Shown: positions 36,966 through 49,751 of the stretch, in pieces
Layout of the letters: each line of letters opens with the position of its first letter
Numbering within the stretch: the first letter of the stretch is position 1
DNA from: Marsupella aquatica
Taxonomy: Eukaryota > Plantae > Marchantiophyta
Length of the DNA stretch: 64,000 nt
Assembly (NCBI GenBank): GCA_973895155.1
Contig: OZ316896.1
Coordinates: 15,162,684-15,226,683, forward strand
Direction: 5' to 3'
Notes under the pieces: model-generated
Told to the model about the DNA's origin: nothing
Seen by the model: the letters and a program-made list of their open reading frames with translations, nothing else
The model's database searches: none
Program-made: the position numbers and the translations under genes

Positions 36966-39619
36966 CATTGAGTACCAACATCTCTCTTCTGTCTAGTCCT
37001 TACGATTTCAGACACGCAATCTCTTAAGCTCCTCAATACGGATATTTCTTGGTTTTCAATCTCCTCTCGAATATCTCTAAGATTGAACTAGTACTCTCAA
37101 ATTTGTTGCTGTCTGGTTTCACATTTGCCATACGATACTTCTCGGTGCACCCATTCAAAGGCCGTCCACTCTGGTGTATGCTTTATTGCTTCACGCCAAG
37201 CTCTATTGATCAGTCTGTATGTCCACAGCTCTAGCTAATGGACCTACCTGCTTTCTCAACCTTCTGAGAATATGATCTATTACTATTTCATCAGTCACTG
37301 GATACAACATTTGTTTGTTCTTATCTGATCAAACATCATAGCCAGCACGGCCAATTTTCTTTGCTAGCTCTTTATGAAGCTGAACCAATTTACGATCCAC
37401 CATACGTATGATTCCTATCAGGCTTGTGATCATCAACCACATCCCTGTGTACACCCATGTGGACCACGTAATTTTTTCACCTTCAGAATCCATTCGATCT
37501 TCTCCAAGCGGTACTTGTGTTCGCCTCTACACTTAGAGCAAGGGAGGGTGTTGACAATCACTTTCGCTTAGACACTCAAAGCAAAGTGTGCTGCGCTTCT
37601 AAGTGTAAAGAATGATTGTAACCGACTGTATTGTTGTGTCCACCTCCTGGATATCACGGCTTGATTTCAGCATGTCTATATTAATGATTCGTGCTTGGTA
37701 CGTTGTTTGCTTTACCGTTGATCTTTAGGTCACTGTATTCTAATGCTAGATGGATTAGTATCCATCTGTATCTCTGGCGTGTATTTATGTGGGGCCCCCG
37801 CCTCCCTTTCTCATTCATCGAAGAGATTAGTAAAACAGTTTTCTTCACATACTGTACGCAGGCGTTCATGAAACGCTGAGGACTCCTACCGTAGCCTCTA
37901 CCTGCTACGGTAGCTTCTCCGTCAGACAAACAACTCAGGAGTTTAAAATCGATGGTAAGATGAATTCCTCCCTACTGTTTTGGTGAATAGGCAGGAACCA
38001 TCCAGTATGTTTGGAACCACCGTACTCGGAATCCAGATCGAGGTCTACTTCAAGCTTAAAAAGACTTTCCACCAGGAACACAATAATAGTCTGAACTTCT
38101 TCAGTAAGAGTGTATTTTCATTCACACCTTTTGACGGCTGTAGAACCTCTGCCCTGGTCGTGAGAGAAGGTCAACTTTCAGGTTTTAAAGCATTGCTTGC
38201 TTACCAAGTGCTGAAATGGCAGTAAAATAATAAACCAATGCTTGGATTGTAGGTACTGTAGGTAGGGAGGACAGTCAAAAGTTGGGTCTCTGAAACTGCA
38301 CATGAAGATATGACATATAGGGTAAAGGTGTACCACATCTCTCCATACCATGATAAACCTACTTGTTTTCTTGTAAGTACTGAAATTTCAGTATATTACC
38401 ACATTTTGATGTGTGATTAAGGCAGGGCAAAAGTTGCAAGGATGTGTATGAGAGTGCAATCAATTTTCTCCCACCCACAAAAGAGAAAAAAGAAATGAAG
38501 GCCTACCTTAAAAAAGAAAGAAAGAAGGCAAGTTGAGAGGGGGGGGGGGGGGGGGGGGAGGGGGTGTAACGGTTCACCTTGGCCCCATGTTTCCTCCAAC
38601 ACTATTAAATAAGGTAGGAGTTGGACAAGGAATCTGAACTCAGATGGACCCAGACTTTGTGACCGAGACTTTGTCCCTGCCCATCTTTGGACTGCAATTA
38701 TAGCATGTTAGTTCTAAGACACAACTATTTGAACTTATTGACAATAATGTCAATTGTACCCTATGTAAACTACCAATTAATTTAAATGGTTTATCAAATA
38801 GCAGCTATAGCATCATATTCAAATGTATTAAAAGAATGATTCAAAGAAATAAATGGAATAAAAATGCTGCACACCTTTAAAGTGAAGAAACAACCGTACT
38901 TTTTAAGTAAAAGACAAGTACATAATGTAACCTTTAAATTGAAAAAATCACCTTACTTTTTAGGTGAAAAACAAATACATCATTTATAAGTCAAAGTACC
39001 TTAGGATATAATACTTTGTGGTTAACAGAGAAAGAATGATAGAATAAAAATCTCATTAAATATATGATAAGCTATCATAGTAAACCATAACATATGAAAT
39101 AAAAATCATGGACTTGAAATAATTAAAGTGGTTACAAAAATTGTTGAATTCAAACCGAAGTGAAATGATAGACTATGTACATTTAAAAGAAAATTTAAAA
39201 GAAAATTCAGGATTTATTCTTGTAATAAGACAAAATAGGGTAGAAGGTGTTCGCCATATAGCAGCTTCAAATGACTGCATAAAGTAATCACTTATTTTAC
39301 ACCAAAAAAGAAAAGGAAAAAGAAAAGGAACAGGTCGCGGGTCCAGGTCTCCATGTCCCCCCTCTTTTGGGTCGCACTGTGTGGCCTTGTTGTTCTTGCA
39401 TTCCCTGGGTGGTTTTTGCGCACTGGTTGCTATAAAACCACCTCTTAAAAAAGAAAAAAAAGGAGTGAGGAAATATAAAATATAAAATTAACCCAAATAA
39501 ATCAAAATCCCCTCCTGCCACCTCTCACATTTGTTGTGGTAAGGTACAGCCAGGTACGAGGCCAGGTACAAGTACAGATGCACCATTATAATTTATATGC
39601 ATTGATTTATTATTAAATA

Positions 39620-40087
39620 ACTAGCTCAATACCTGTGCGTTGCACAAAAGAAGTTGTGTCGGCCAAGATGTTGTTGAGAAAAAAAGATCTCATGTCAGCC
39701 AAGAGGTCGTTGAGAGAAAAGAAGTCGTTGAGAAAAAGAGATGTTGTGTTGGCCAAGAGGTCGTTGAAAAAAAAGTTGTCATGTCGGCCAAGATGTCGTT
39801 GAAAAAAAGATGTCGTGTTGGCCAAGACATCGTTGAGGGAAAATACCCGTGCATTGCACAAAAGATGTTAAGAAAAAAGATGTTGTGTTGCCCAAAATGT
39901 CATTAAAATAAAGATATCGTGGCACTCAAGATGTCGTGTCCCCCAAGATGTCACTAAGAAGAAAGTGTTGTGGCACCCAAAATGCTCTTAAAGAGAATTC
40001 TATGTTGTGTTTCCCAAGAATGATCATGTTCTTATATGAAAGATGTCATGAAATAAAAAGATGTTGTTAAGAAAAAGAAGTCATTTT
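39620..40087 (-). mobile_element. Helitron-like 3' end plus internal minisatellite; probably continues at 44324-44800 beyond the copia
   Basis: The minus strand reads hairpin tgtgcaacgcaca, then ~9 nt, then CTAG|T. Followed by an aagatgt(c/t)gt-type tandem array. Confidence 0.6.
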
Positions 40088-43000
40088 GCCCAGTCTGATT
40101 CTCAACTTGGGCTTTCCACTCCTTAAAAGTGGCAAAAACATCAAACTTATTGTGTAAAAAATATATCCACACATACCTTGAGTAATCGTCAATGAACGTG
40201 ACATAGTAAAACCGTCCAGAATGTGAGGGAGTAGGGGCTGGACCCCACACATCACTATGTACATACTCAAGTACCTCCTTGCTGGTGTGAGTTCCAACTC
40301 CGAAGGGTTTCTTGTGCTGCTTCCCTAGCACACAGTGCTCACAAAATTCTAACTTACAAGATAGCAAATTAGAAAGTAATCTTTTCTTCTGAAGAATAGC
40401 CAAACCTTTTTCACTCATGTGGCCCAAACGGAAGTGCCACAACCGGGCCGTCTCCTCATGAGATAAGGTTACATTGGCTTCATCACAAACTACACTGCCC
40501 TCCAAAACGTATAGATTGCTGTCTCTTTCCCTTCAATACAACTTTAGTACCAGTTGAAACCTGAAGGACACCATTAGCAGAGTTCCACTGATGGCCATTT
40601 GCTTCTAAAACTCCAAGTGAAATGAGATTTTTCATCATGCTGGGAATATGTCTCACATTCCTCAACGCTCTCACAGCACCATCAAACATATGAAATCTTA
40701 CAGATCCAAGTCCAACAACTTGACATGGGATTCCATTTCCCATCAACACTGACCCGTTGGAAACCATATAAGAACTGAAAAAATATCTCCTAGAGCAAAT
40801 GTGAAAAGTACATGCACTATCTAGAATCCAATCATCACTACCTGGATTTGACACTACGTTGAGAGCATAACCTTGACATCACAATATGTCATCATCATTG
40901 AGTAAATCTACCTCATGCGAGCTCGATGCCGCGTTAGCAGAGGCAGTAGGGACCTTTACTCGACAATCCCTTTTCATGTGGCCAGGCTTGCCACAATTCC
41001 AACATGCAAGAGGCTTCCTCTCTTGCGATTTCCCTCTGGATTTAGATCTCCCCCGTGATGTAGATCTAAACCTGTTCTGCCCATTCGTGTGCTGCGCTGC
41101 TCTTCCCCTGTTCACATTGAGCGTAGTGCCTGAAGAAGATGCTGTCTGTGATTGATCCAGCTTCTTCTGAGCATCATCAGATAGTAATGAGCTCACCACC
41201 TCATTATACGAAATGGACTTCAGATCTCTATACAAGAGCACCTGTTTCAAGCCCTGATATGACGGCGGTAAGGAGCTTAGCAGAAGCAAGGCCTTATCCT
41301 CATCTTCAACTCCTTTTCCCAGGTTTGACAGATCCACCGCAAGACTGTCAAACTCATCCAGGTGATCCTGCATCTTGCTCCCTTCCTTGAGCCTGAGGCT
41401 CATCAAGAGAGACTTCTTGTACAACCGGTCTGATCACCCTATTCATTAAAAGTGTATTTTATTTTGTTCACTTTTAGGCCTCTAAATGTTCACTTTTTGG
41501 TCTCTAAATGTACACTTTTTGAACCCAAAAGGTACACTATGGTATAATACTCTACACCTAAATGATCAATTGTAAACTTGAGGTGACAAAAATGATCTTG
41601 ACTAGAAGGAGTCTCATCCTAGTTCATTTACAAAAGATGAACCTGGTGGTACATGTGATGGCCATCAACTTTGTTTCTTGCCTAATTGTACACTTTTTGA
41701 AGGCCAAATGTACACTTTCTGTTGCCCAAATGTTCATAAATTGAATAATAATTCACTTTTAATGAATAGATTGATTCTGACGCATCTTCTCGGTAGTACT
41801 TCTCTTAGAGCCTTGAACAGTGATGCGCAATCCGCATAATCATCTAGCTGCTTGATGATGTGCGGCTTGAGATATAGCATCACTGCGTTGACAGCAATCA
41901 CCTGCTCTTGTCTCCACTATCTCACATAAATCTCCTCCTCTCCATCATATTTCTCTCGCGAAGAAAGCAGATGAGCTAAGCCCATGGCCCATAGAACACC
42001 ATTCACTTGCTTCTCCCACAACAAGTAATTAGTACGACCATCGTACTTCTCCACCTCAAACTTCACTCCTCCAAATCTAGCCATCTCCCTCTTCTTCCCT
42101 ACTACCGATAGCTCTGGTAGTAATACAGCTTCCTCCACTGCATGCCGCACCGGTGATTGTACCGGTGACTAGTTCCTCCTCAAACGGTAGCAACTCCTCC
42201 TCAGACTCACCGTCTGATCGGCGCAATCCTGAAGCTCCACCGATGCCAATTCTTCCAGTATCCTCCGAGTCACTCATATGAAACAATCACGAAAAAATGT
42301 CTTTTTTCAAAACTTCTCATAAAACTCAAAACTCAACACCGCCGCGTAGCCCACGAAGCTAGGAGTCCAATACTGAAAGCCGAAATCAAAATCAAAATTC
42401 GGCGGAAAAGTTATTCAAATTTTGGTCGGGGTGGGTAAAACCTTGGGAAACTCCCCCGTTTTGACCACCTCGGAGAATAACCAAAATACCTAGTACAACC
42501 CATCGTCGGAATCGCGATGCGATTGGTGCGCTGCGTTGCTAACTCCAGTGGCAACGTCCTCACCAAAAAGAACCAAAAAAGTTACTGTTTGGCGAACAGA
42601 ATCTTTGTCGGACAACCAAAAAACAGCTCTCTGTTTTTTGGGAATATTCCCGCACAGTCCGACAGGTCTCACAGGGGGCCGTTCCCCCTGTCCAAGTGGT
42701 TAAAATGGAGGGCGGCAGGTCCCGGCACAAGAGGAAACAAAAGGAAAAAGAAAATGCTTAAAATAGGGCCTTAAGGGGGTGCTAAAGCCCCTTATCACTA
42801 AATACAGTGTATAAAAAAAAACAAAGGCGCATCCAGGCGGGCCAGGGGGCATACAGGGTATCATGGCGAGTGTGTACAAAGGAAATAAGCAAGGGCAGGG
42901 CAAAAAGCGCCGTGCACCGGGGATGGACGCAGGCGGTAGGCGAGGGTTGCGGGAGGGCGAAAGGGAGGTGCTAGCGGCCGGCAGGGCGCATGAAGGTGGG

Positions 43001-44323
43001 CAGGGCCGCTGGGTCGTGAACGGGGTGTCGAAAGAGGGGGCGGGGTGCCACCGGAAGGGGCAGCAAGCCCCAGCAAGGCTCGGGCACGCAAAAAGCACCG
43101 GCCGGCGCTGCGTGCCGCGGCTGCGGCGACCCACTACTCTGGTGCGGGGGGAGAGTCTTACACGTAAAGGGGGGTGGCGGTAGTACGAGGGCCGTGAATG
43201 GGGTTACGGGGTGAGTATACACACCTCGTGTGTGTATACACACACCAAAACCCCTCTAAAAACCTAATTTTTTGCTACAAAAATTAGACGGCCAAGTTAC
43301 TTACAATGCCGCCACCATGTTGCTTGAGAGAAGTGATGACTGCCGACGGGAAAAGTTGTCGAATCACACCGGCGCCGTCTGCAACTCCAGCACTGTAAAA
43401 GCTTCCGCCTCGACGCCTTCACTCCGCGTCAAGTGCCAATCCCGGGCTCAAAACGACCGCCTCGCCGCGATCAAATTGTTGAGCCGTAGCACTTCGCGTT
43501 TCTTCCACCGAGTTGCACGTCACGAAGAGAAACCCGTTTCAGATGAGAACAAGCTCCATAGCTTGTGAAAAAACCTGAATGCCTCCGTCACTCGTCACGT
43601 CACACTCGGTAACAACTCGGCAATAGTCAAGCTACCAAAATGACCAGCTCGCTTCAACCTTCAACTTGAGCTAAAATGTGAGATCTCCCAAACACCGCAT
43701 GGCTCACACCGTTGAAAAATGCGATCTCTGGTCTCTCCCCCGAAAACCCGTTGAACACGGATAAAACCTGAACGATGCAAACTTTGATTCCTCCGCACCA
43801 TGGATACCGATCAGCGAGTTCTAACCACTGTTAGAAAGCCCTCTCACTAACCTATCCGCACAGCCACACACATTCGAGTTTCATGCGATGAAACTTTGAA
43901 TGTACCATCGACAATGAAAGCTGGAAAAAACCTGTCACGAAAAAATCTCGTCACCTCCCAGGCATGCTCTGATACCACTTGTTGAGCATAGACGACATTC
44001 GTAACGGCAAGCCCATGAACCATCCAACGCAGAAGAGTCGACACAGAGAGATACGTGGTTCACCTCCACATGAGGCTATGTCCACGGCAACACACAAGAG
44101 CTTTACTGCACTCTAGGCCGACCGGCCACACCAAGCATCCACAGCACAAGCTCTCCCTATCTCTCAACTAGCTCCGTAACAATGAGCCTAAGTTCCACCA
44201 GGGTCTGGCATCAGCCCTGGCTATATACACAACAGCACTACCGCTAACAATAGCTAAGTCCTAACCCGAGTTAGCCTAACTGTAGTTAGCTCATGAGTCA
44301 CAAGACTAGAGCAATATCTAACA
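40088..44323 (-). mobile_element. 3'-truncated Ty1/copia (Tnt1-like): 5' LTR, long leader, gag-protease-partial integrase
   Basis: LTR 43980-44323 (TG..CA), PBS tggtatcagagc at ~43966-43977. Motifs KFEVEKYDGRTNYLLW, CWNCGKPGHMKRDC, WILDSACTFH, LWHFRLGH, CEHC, VHSDVWGP. Breaks off after VENQTG; no RT or 3' LTR. Confidence 0.92.
41433..41775. mobile_element. 343-bp AT-rich TIR element (MITE) with 4-bp TSD in the copia gag
   Basis: 22-bp TIRs atcaccctattcattaaaagtg / atcaatctattcattaaaagtg, TSD tctg at 41429-41432 and 41776-41779. Excision restores gag ...EDASDRLYKKSLL. Confidence 0.88.
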
Positions 44324-45460
44324 GAGGTGAGAAAATATCTCAAGGTGAGGAAAATATCTCAAGGTGAAGAAAATATGTCAAGATGAGCAAAGATCTTGAG
44401 GTGAGAAGATCTTAATATGAAGAAAAGATGTCAAGATGAGAAAATATTTGAAATTATTTTTAAAAAATTAGATTTATTTATATATGAATAAATTTAATTA
44501 AAATTTGATTAATTTTTTCATTGTGGCAGATATGGGAAGGTTAAAGGGTAGCTTGGGCAGGAACTTATTTTTAGAAGGGGTGTATGGATAGATCTGACAC
44601 TGTGGAAAAAATTATGTTTTGATGAACATTCAAGATTGATTGTCACTTTTTTTAGGTTGTAAAGGGAGAGGCATGATTATAGTGGTACATGGTAAAGGGA
44701 GTTCTCCTTGATACTCTTGCATAGAGACCCTCATTATTTTCTTTGTATTATTAAATTCATTTTTTGCTTGGAAACATTGCTCTCCATTTTCATTCACATA
44801 GGAAATCATTCTTTCATGTTTTTCATTTTTGGGATATGACTACTATAAAAAAAGTAACATTTTATTATAGATTTTGACATTATCCTTGTCACGTAACCTA
44901 TTGTGTTTAATTAACCTATTTAAATTAAATTAATATAATTATTATATTTTACAATATTATAATACTTGCAATAATACATAGTATCATATATATTATGTAT
45001 TTTTATATTTCATGTATATGGGTTAGGAACCTCCTTGATACTCATGCATGTACATTCTCTCTCTTGTTTTGTGTGCCCCATTGGCTCTCTCCTTTTGCGT
45101 CTCCCATTTGATTCTCCTCTTGTTTAGAATGCATTTATTACTTTTTTGGTGCACACTAAATTTAATGTAACCTTTATTCCTTCTCTTTGACATGATTAAT
45201 GCTTTTTGGACTCTGCAAATTTGAATGACGACCACTTCATAAAAAGGCGCAACCACTAGAAGGAAATCGGGATTTTATCACTACCTAATTCACTTGTTTC
45301 AGAGTGATAACGGACAATTTACAACTCAATGGTTTGAGTGCACTAATGTCAGTCGCTTTAGACAACTAGTCGTATTGAGCATGAAGTCGTTTATAACAAG
45401 TACTCAAAATGTATGAGTGGTTTATGTCACCATCGGTTTCAAACCCAACGGTCTTAAATA

Positions 45461-45997
45461 ACTAGAAAAATAACAGTTATTTAAATTTTTCCCAAAACAA
45501 CTACTATGGTGACTTTTTTTGACAAATGATACTTAGACATGTGGCGGTCTCCACAATCATTGGGGGTGACATTTGCCAAAAGTCAATTGTGGTCAATGCA
45601 CCTTGAACCTCAAACAACTTCTTTCATGACTAGAATTCAAGTAGAAACTATATAGCCCTTGCCACTATATGACTAGATTTTGAGTCTTAAAGATACTTTG
45701 TGTCAAACTTTTAATACTAGTTATATGACTAGAAAAATAACAATTATTAAATTTTGCCCAAAACGATTACTATGGTGACTTTTTTTGACAAATGATACCT
45801 AAACATGTGGCGGTCTCCAGAATCATTGGGGGTGACAATTGCCAAAAGTCAATTGTGATCAATGCACCTGAACCTCAAATAACTTATTTCATGACTAGAA
45901 TTCAAGTAGAAACTATATAGCCCTTGCCACTATATGACTAGATTTTGAGTCTTAAAGATACTTTGTGTCAACTTTTAATACTAGTTATATGACTAGA
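45461..45997. repeat. ~268-bp near-identical tandem duplication in the left subterminal region
   Basis: actagaaaaataaca...tactatggtgac...ctagttatatg unit at 45461 and 45728. Confidence 0.9.
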
Positions 45998-46703
45998 ATT
46001 GAAATCATAACCAAATTACATTTACAACTTGTAGTGTCACTAAATTTAAAGTGATAACATGACATATTAGACACATGTAGTACTTGCAGCTATATAACTA
46101 AGTTTAACGTAATAAAGATATTATTTTACAATTTAGTTCTTGATATATGTCTTAAATTGAAGTAGTAATTGTAAAGCTTTTGTTATTTGTTATATATGAC
46201 TGTATTTACAGACCTATCATTCAGTCCATTATTACTTGCTATATGACTACATCTTAAGTGTTATAGATTGCTACGTTACAACTTTAAAATGGGTGATGAA
46301 CATCATATCTTTGATAACTATAGTTGCAGTAGTATGGCCACAGTCTAGTATTGATCACTTCAATTGTAGTGATTTGGGTGTACTATAGAACTTGAATGAT
46401 AGTACATTGGAATGTCGAATCACTAGATGTAGAGTCATTAGTTTTAAAGTTCTAAACCCTAAATAGCAATAGCAAAAACCTCAAATGTCTCACATACACA
46501 TTCAAATAAATTTGAGAAATGACACAATCTTAGTAAGTCATCATTTCAAACACCAACAAAATTCCAGAGTGATACACATCTGGGAATCCAAAAACTGAGA
46601 GCCATAGTTGCACAATAGTATCCATGCTACCTATATGGGAACCTACATACTTCTTCAATCACATGGATTCTCTATTGCAAGCTCTACTCCTCAATTACTA
46701 ATC

Positions 46704-49676
46704 CTACTTCCTCATTAACTTCTGCCTCCACAAAAATGGGTGCCCCTTCACATGTTTGAGGGCTACCAAGCCTTCTGGGTGCTTTTCTTGGAGAGGTGCA
46801 TCTCCATTCAAAATAGAAACAGCTTTGACAATCAAGAAGCCAGTAGGAACTGGGTTGTCATAATATCGATCAAGTCCACATACTCCATCGATTCTGGCAA
46901 TAGCAATCACCTGCTGATCCACTGGTGATTTCAATTTCACCATGTCTCCTACTTTAAACTGTCACACATCAACAACATAACACAGCCATTTCATTACTTA
47001 GACTTGTTAATGATAAGTTACAGCAAATAAACGAATAGGACATGTCTTGAAAGCAATCATTTGCTTTTGCTCACCTTCAAGACAAAAGGTGAAGGGATCG
47101 ACTTTGAAAACTCTGTAACAATGGCTTCTTCAGATGACTTTGTCAAAACAACTTCAGGTGTCAAAGCTTCTATTATCTCCTGCAAAACAGATTAGGGTGA
47201 GACAACTTACATAAGCATGCCCTACCAGGTTCACATTACAAATTCATGGGATAATGAACATATTAATAGTACAAAGTTTAGGGTTTAGATGGTATTCCAA
47301 CCTTATCTTTGCCTGCTTGATCATGCTGCGCAGGCGAACTGTATACCACCTCTGTTTCTTCATTGATCTCTTGCTTCACAATCACTGGGTCATAATTGTA
47401 TTCCACAGCAGCATTGAGATCAATCCCCTGATCATCTTCAACTGCCCATTAACATTTCAAGACATTAGAAAACATTCACTAATCCAAGTCATGCATGCTT
47501 GATTACACATACTTTAACTGTCCTCTGTAAAGAACATACCTTCTTTGGTCAAGTCCACCAAAAAGTCTAGTTTCACAGCTGAAGTACTACGGCCTGAATG
47601 ACTTTTTGGAACTGAACTCATTCGTGAGGGCATTGAAGACTATCCCGGCCCAACTGGGATAGTTCTGGTTTCTTCCACATCTTGACTTAGGCTAGGTTTT
47701 ATCAAAACAGTTAACATTTGCTTAAACCCAACACTCATCACTGTACTTATTGCATTCACAATTATACTCAACATATGCTCATCACGTCCTTCCTCGTCTC
47801 CCATCATAGCCCTAGAACCTGGTGTCTGCAACCATTGAACAATCATACAAAAGTTAGTGGATATCACCTAGACTTGGCAATTTGGAAATCAAAAATTGGA
47901 CTTGTGAACTAATACTCACAATTGACTTTCTGCCTCTCCGATGAGATGGTGTGGTCTGTCCTGTGACAGATCTCACACTTGATACTCCAAATCTATCATC
48001 TTTTGAGCGTAGCTCAGACAGAGGTGGACTTTCCCCTCTTTTTCTCTTCTGAGCAATGAAACCAAACAATACATATTAGAATGAAACTTCTTGCTTCTTT
48101 GCATACCAATTGCTAAAACAAAGGAAGACACATGCTGTAAGCCTACTTGTTGTTTACAAACATTCATAATAACTGTAAATGAATCTTGTATACTTACAAA
48201 GTCAGACTCCTTCCCACGGTAGCCACCTCGTCCAACCCTTGATGGATTAATGACTTTAGATCTTGCATACTTCATCTTGTCAATGCTAGACATCCCTTCT
48301 GGAGACAGCCACCACTCACACAATGCCTTCCAATGTTCAGGCTTCACATTCTCAGGGGGCTTCTTGTCCAAGCGTCTTCCACCTTCCTGAAAATGTTTGT
48401 GGAGTCTTGCTCGCTGTGCTTTCATTACTGCTGAACAATGAGACCTGAACTTCTTCATTGACAGAGTCCCCTGTACATACTCCCAATCGTTCTCCAACAC
48501 AGCATAAACATGAAGAAGAACCCCTGAGTCTTGCTTCTTAATCTCACGGATAGAAGGATTCAGTTTACCCATACACACAGCACGAAGATCATCTCCCCAA
48601 CGTGCCCGATATGGATCATTGGGATCAACATCATTGTTCCAAATCTGCACACAATGCATCATAAGAGACCAATAACAGAGGACAAACAATAAATCACAAG
48701 CATGATCTTTCACAAGCAACATACAGTGATTGCAGCTTTCTTCATGCCCAACTTGCGACACTCGCTTGTGTTCTCTTCCCATTGTTTCTTTGCAGCACGA
48801 GATGATTGTCGTACGTGTGTCTGTTCTGATCTTTCTATGACAATTCCATCATCCAGATCATGAGCAGATGCTCTAGGCAGGGTGTCACTACCACAACCAA
48901 CCAAAGAGATTCTGTTAGCAAGTCAAACATTAATGTAACTTGTGACAATCAATCTGCAACTGTGAGAATCTCTGAACTCAGGATTCACTTGGCAAGTCAA
49001 AAACAAGTTCATGGCAAGTGAGGTAATGAATAAATTACTTACACACACTCACTTCCTTTGTCCTAGGATCCACATAATATTTAAGCCCTGACTTTCGGGG
49101 AGCCTGAGGATAACAGTGTGCACATTCAAGTAATTAGTAATAGTAGCACCAGATTGAGATATACAGAAATTGGACAATTAATGCAATTAGCTTCAAGTGA
49201 AGTAGAAAATGACAGTGAGTCTTCTCTTACCTTACGTAGCTCTTGAACACCATCTGATTCGTGATCATCACTTAAACCTGCCCCATAATTTGTGTCAGCT
49301 GATTTTTCAGACTCATCACTCCCACTGTTGTCACTCTCCATGATTTTCTCCAGGTGCCTGCCAAGTAATCGTGAACTCCTACGCTTTGCTATAGACGGCT
49401 GATTCTGTTCAGTCTTCTTTGACAACTTAGATAGACGCTTGACCCTTGCCTCACCCTGTAAACTGCAATCACCCTGGCAATGTCATGAGTGTGAACCATT
49501 AATTAGTAATAAAGTCAGGGCATAAATTCAAAACTATATAGGGATAGAGTACATACTTTAAATCTCTTGCAGCAGTTCCTACGAACTGGTCAAGTATAGC
49601 TTGGTTGGCTGCTATGTTCTTATTCCTCTGTGCCTCATAGGCATTCTCAGAACCTTTCACCCCAGACCGATCATGC
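46704..49676 (-). CDS. Multi-exon CACTA TnpA/Ptta-like protein; exon boundaries approximate
   Basis: N-terminal AYEAQRNKNIAANQAIL, RRSSRL, and a Transposase_24-like block PPENVKPEHWKALCEWW...ARSKVINPSRVGRGGY. C-terminal exon VKLKSPVDQQVIAIARI...HPFLW. Many GT-AG introns. Confidence 0.7.
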
Positions 49677-49751
49677 ATTTCAATTCAAAACTGCATAAAA
49701 AACACTATCACCAAAGAGCAATCAGTACTTCCTGCCCCAAGAGGCACATTC

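Larger units (their letters stand above)
31566..37847 (+). mobile_element. Full-length Ty1/copia LTR retrotransposon, degenerate
   Basis: LTRs 31566-31870 and 37549-37847 (TG...CA), TSD CATAC at 31561-31565 and 37848-37852, tRNA-iMet PBS tggtatcagagc at 31871, PPT ending at 37548. Confidence 0.98.
31311..38215 (+). pseudogene. Cytochrome P450 pseudogene fragment, copy B, with the copia inserted in an intron
   Basis: Exon 31311-31400 AEQEAVANGRRPGKPLTPD..MTYT.DQ; exon 37862-37954 VHETLRTP...FKIDG; degenerate heme motif FTPFDG.R/NLCPGRE at ~38120-38165. Frameshifted. Confidence 0.75.

Noticed and set aside
38537-38564. Poly-G run
   Set aside because: Simple homopolymer with no supporting context.
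39640-39906. ORF with VVEKK repeats
   Set aside because: Translation of a minisatellite.
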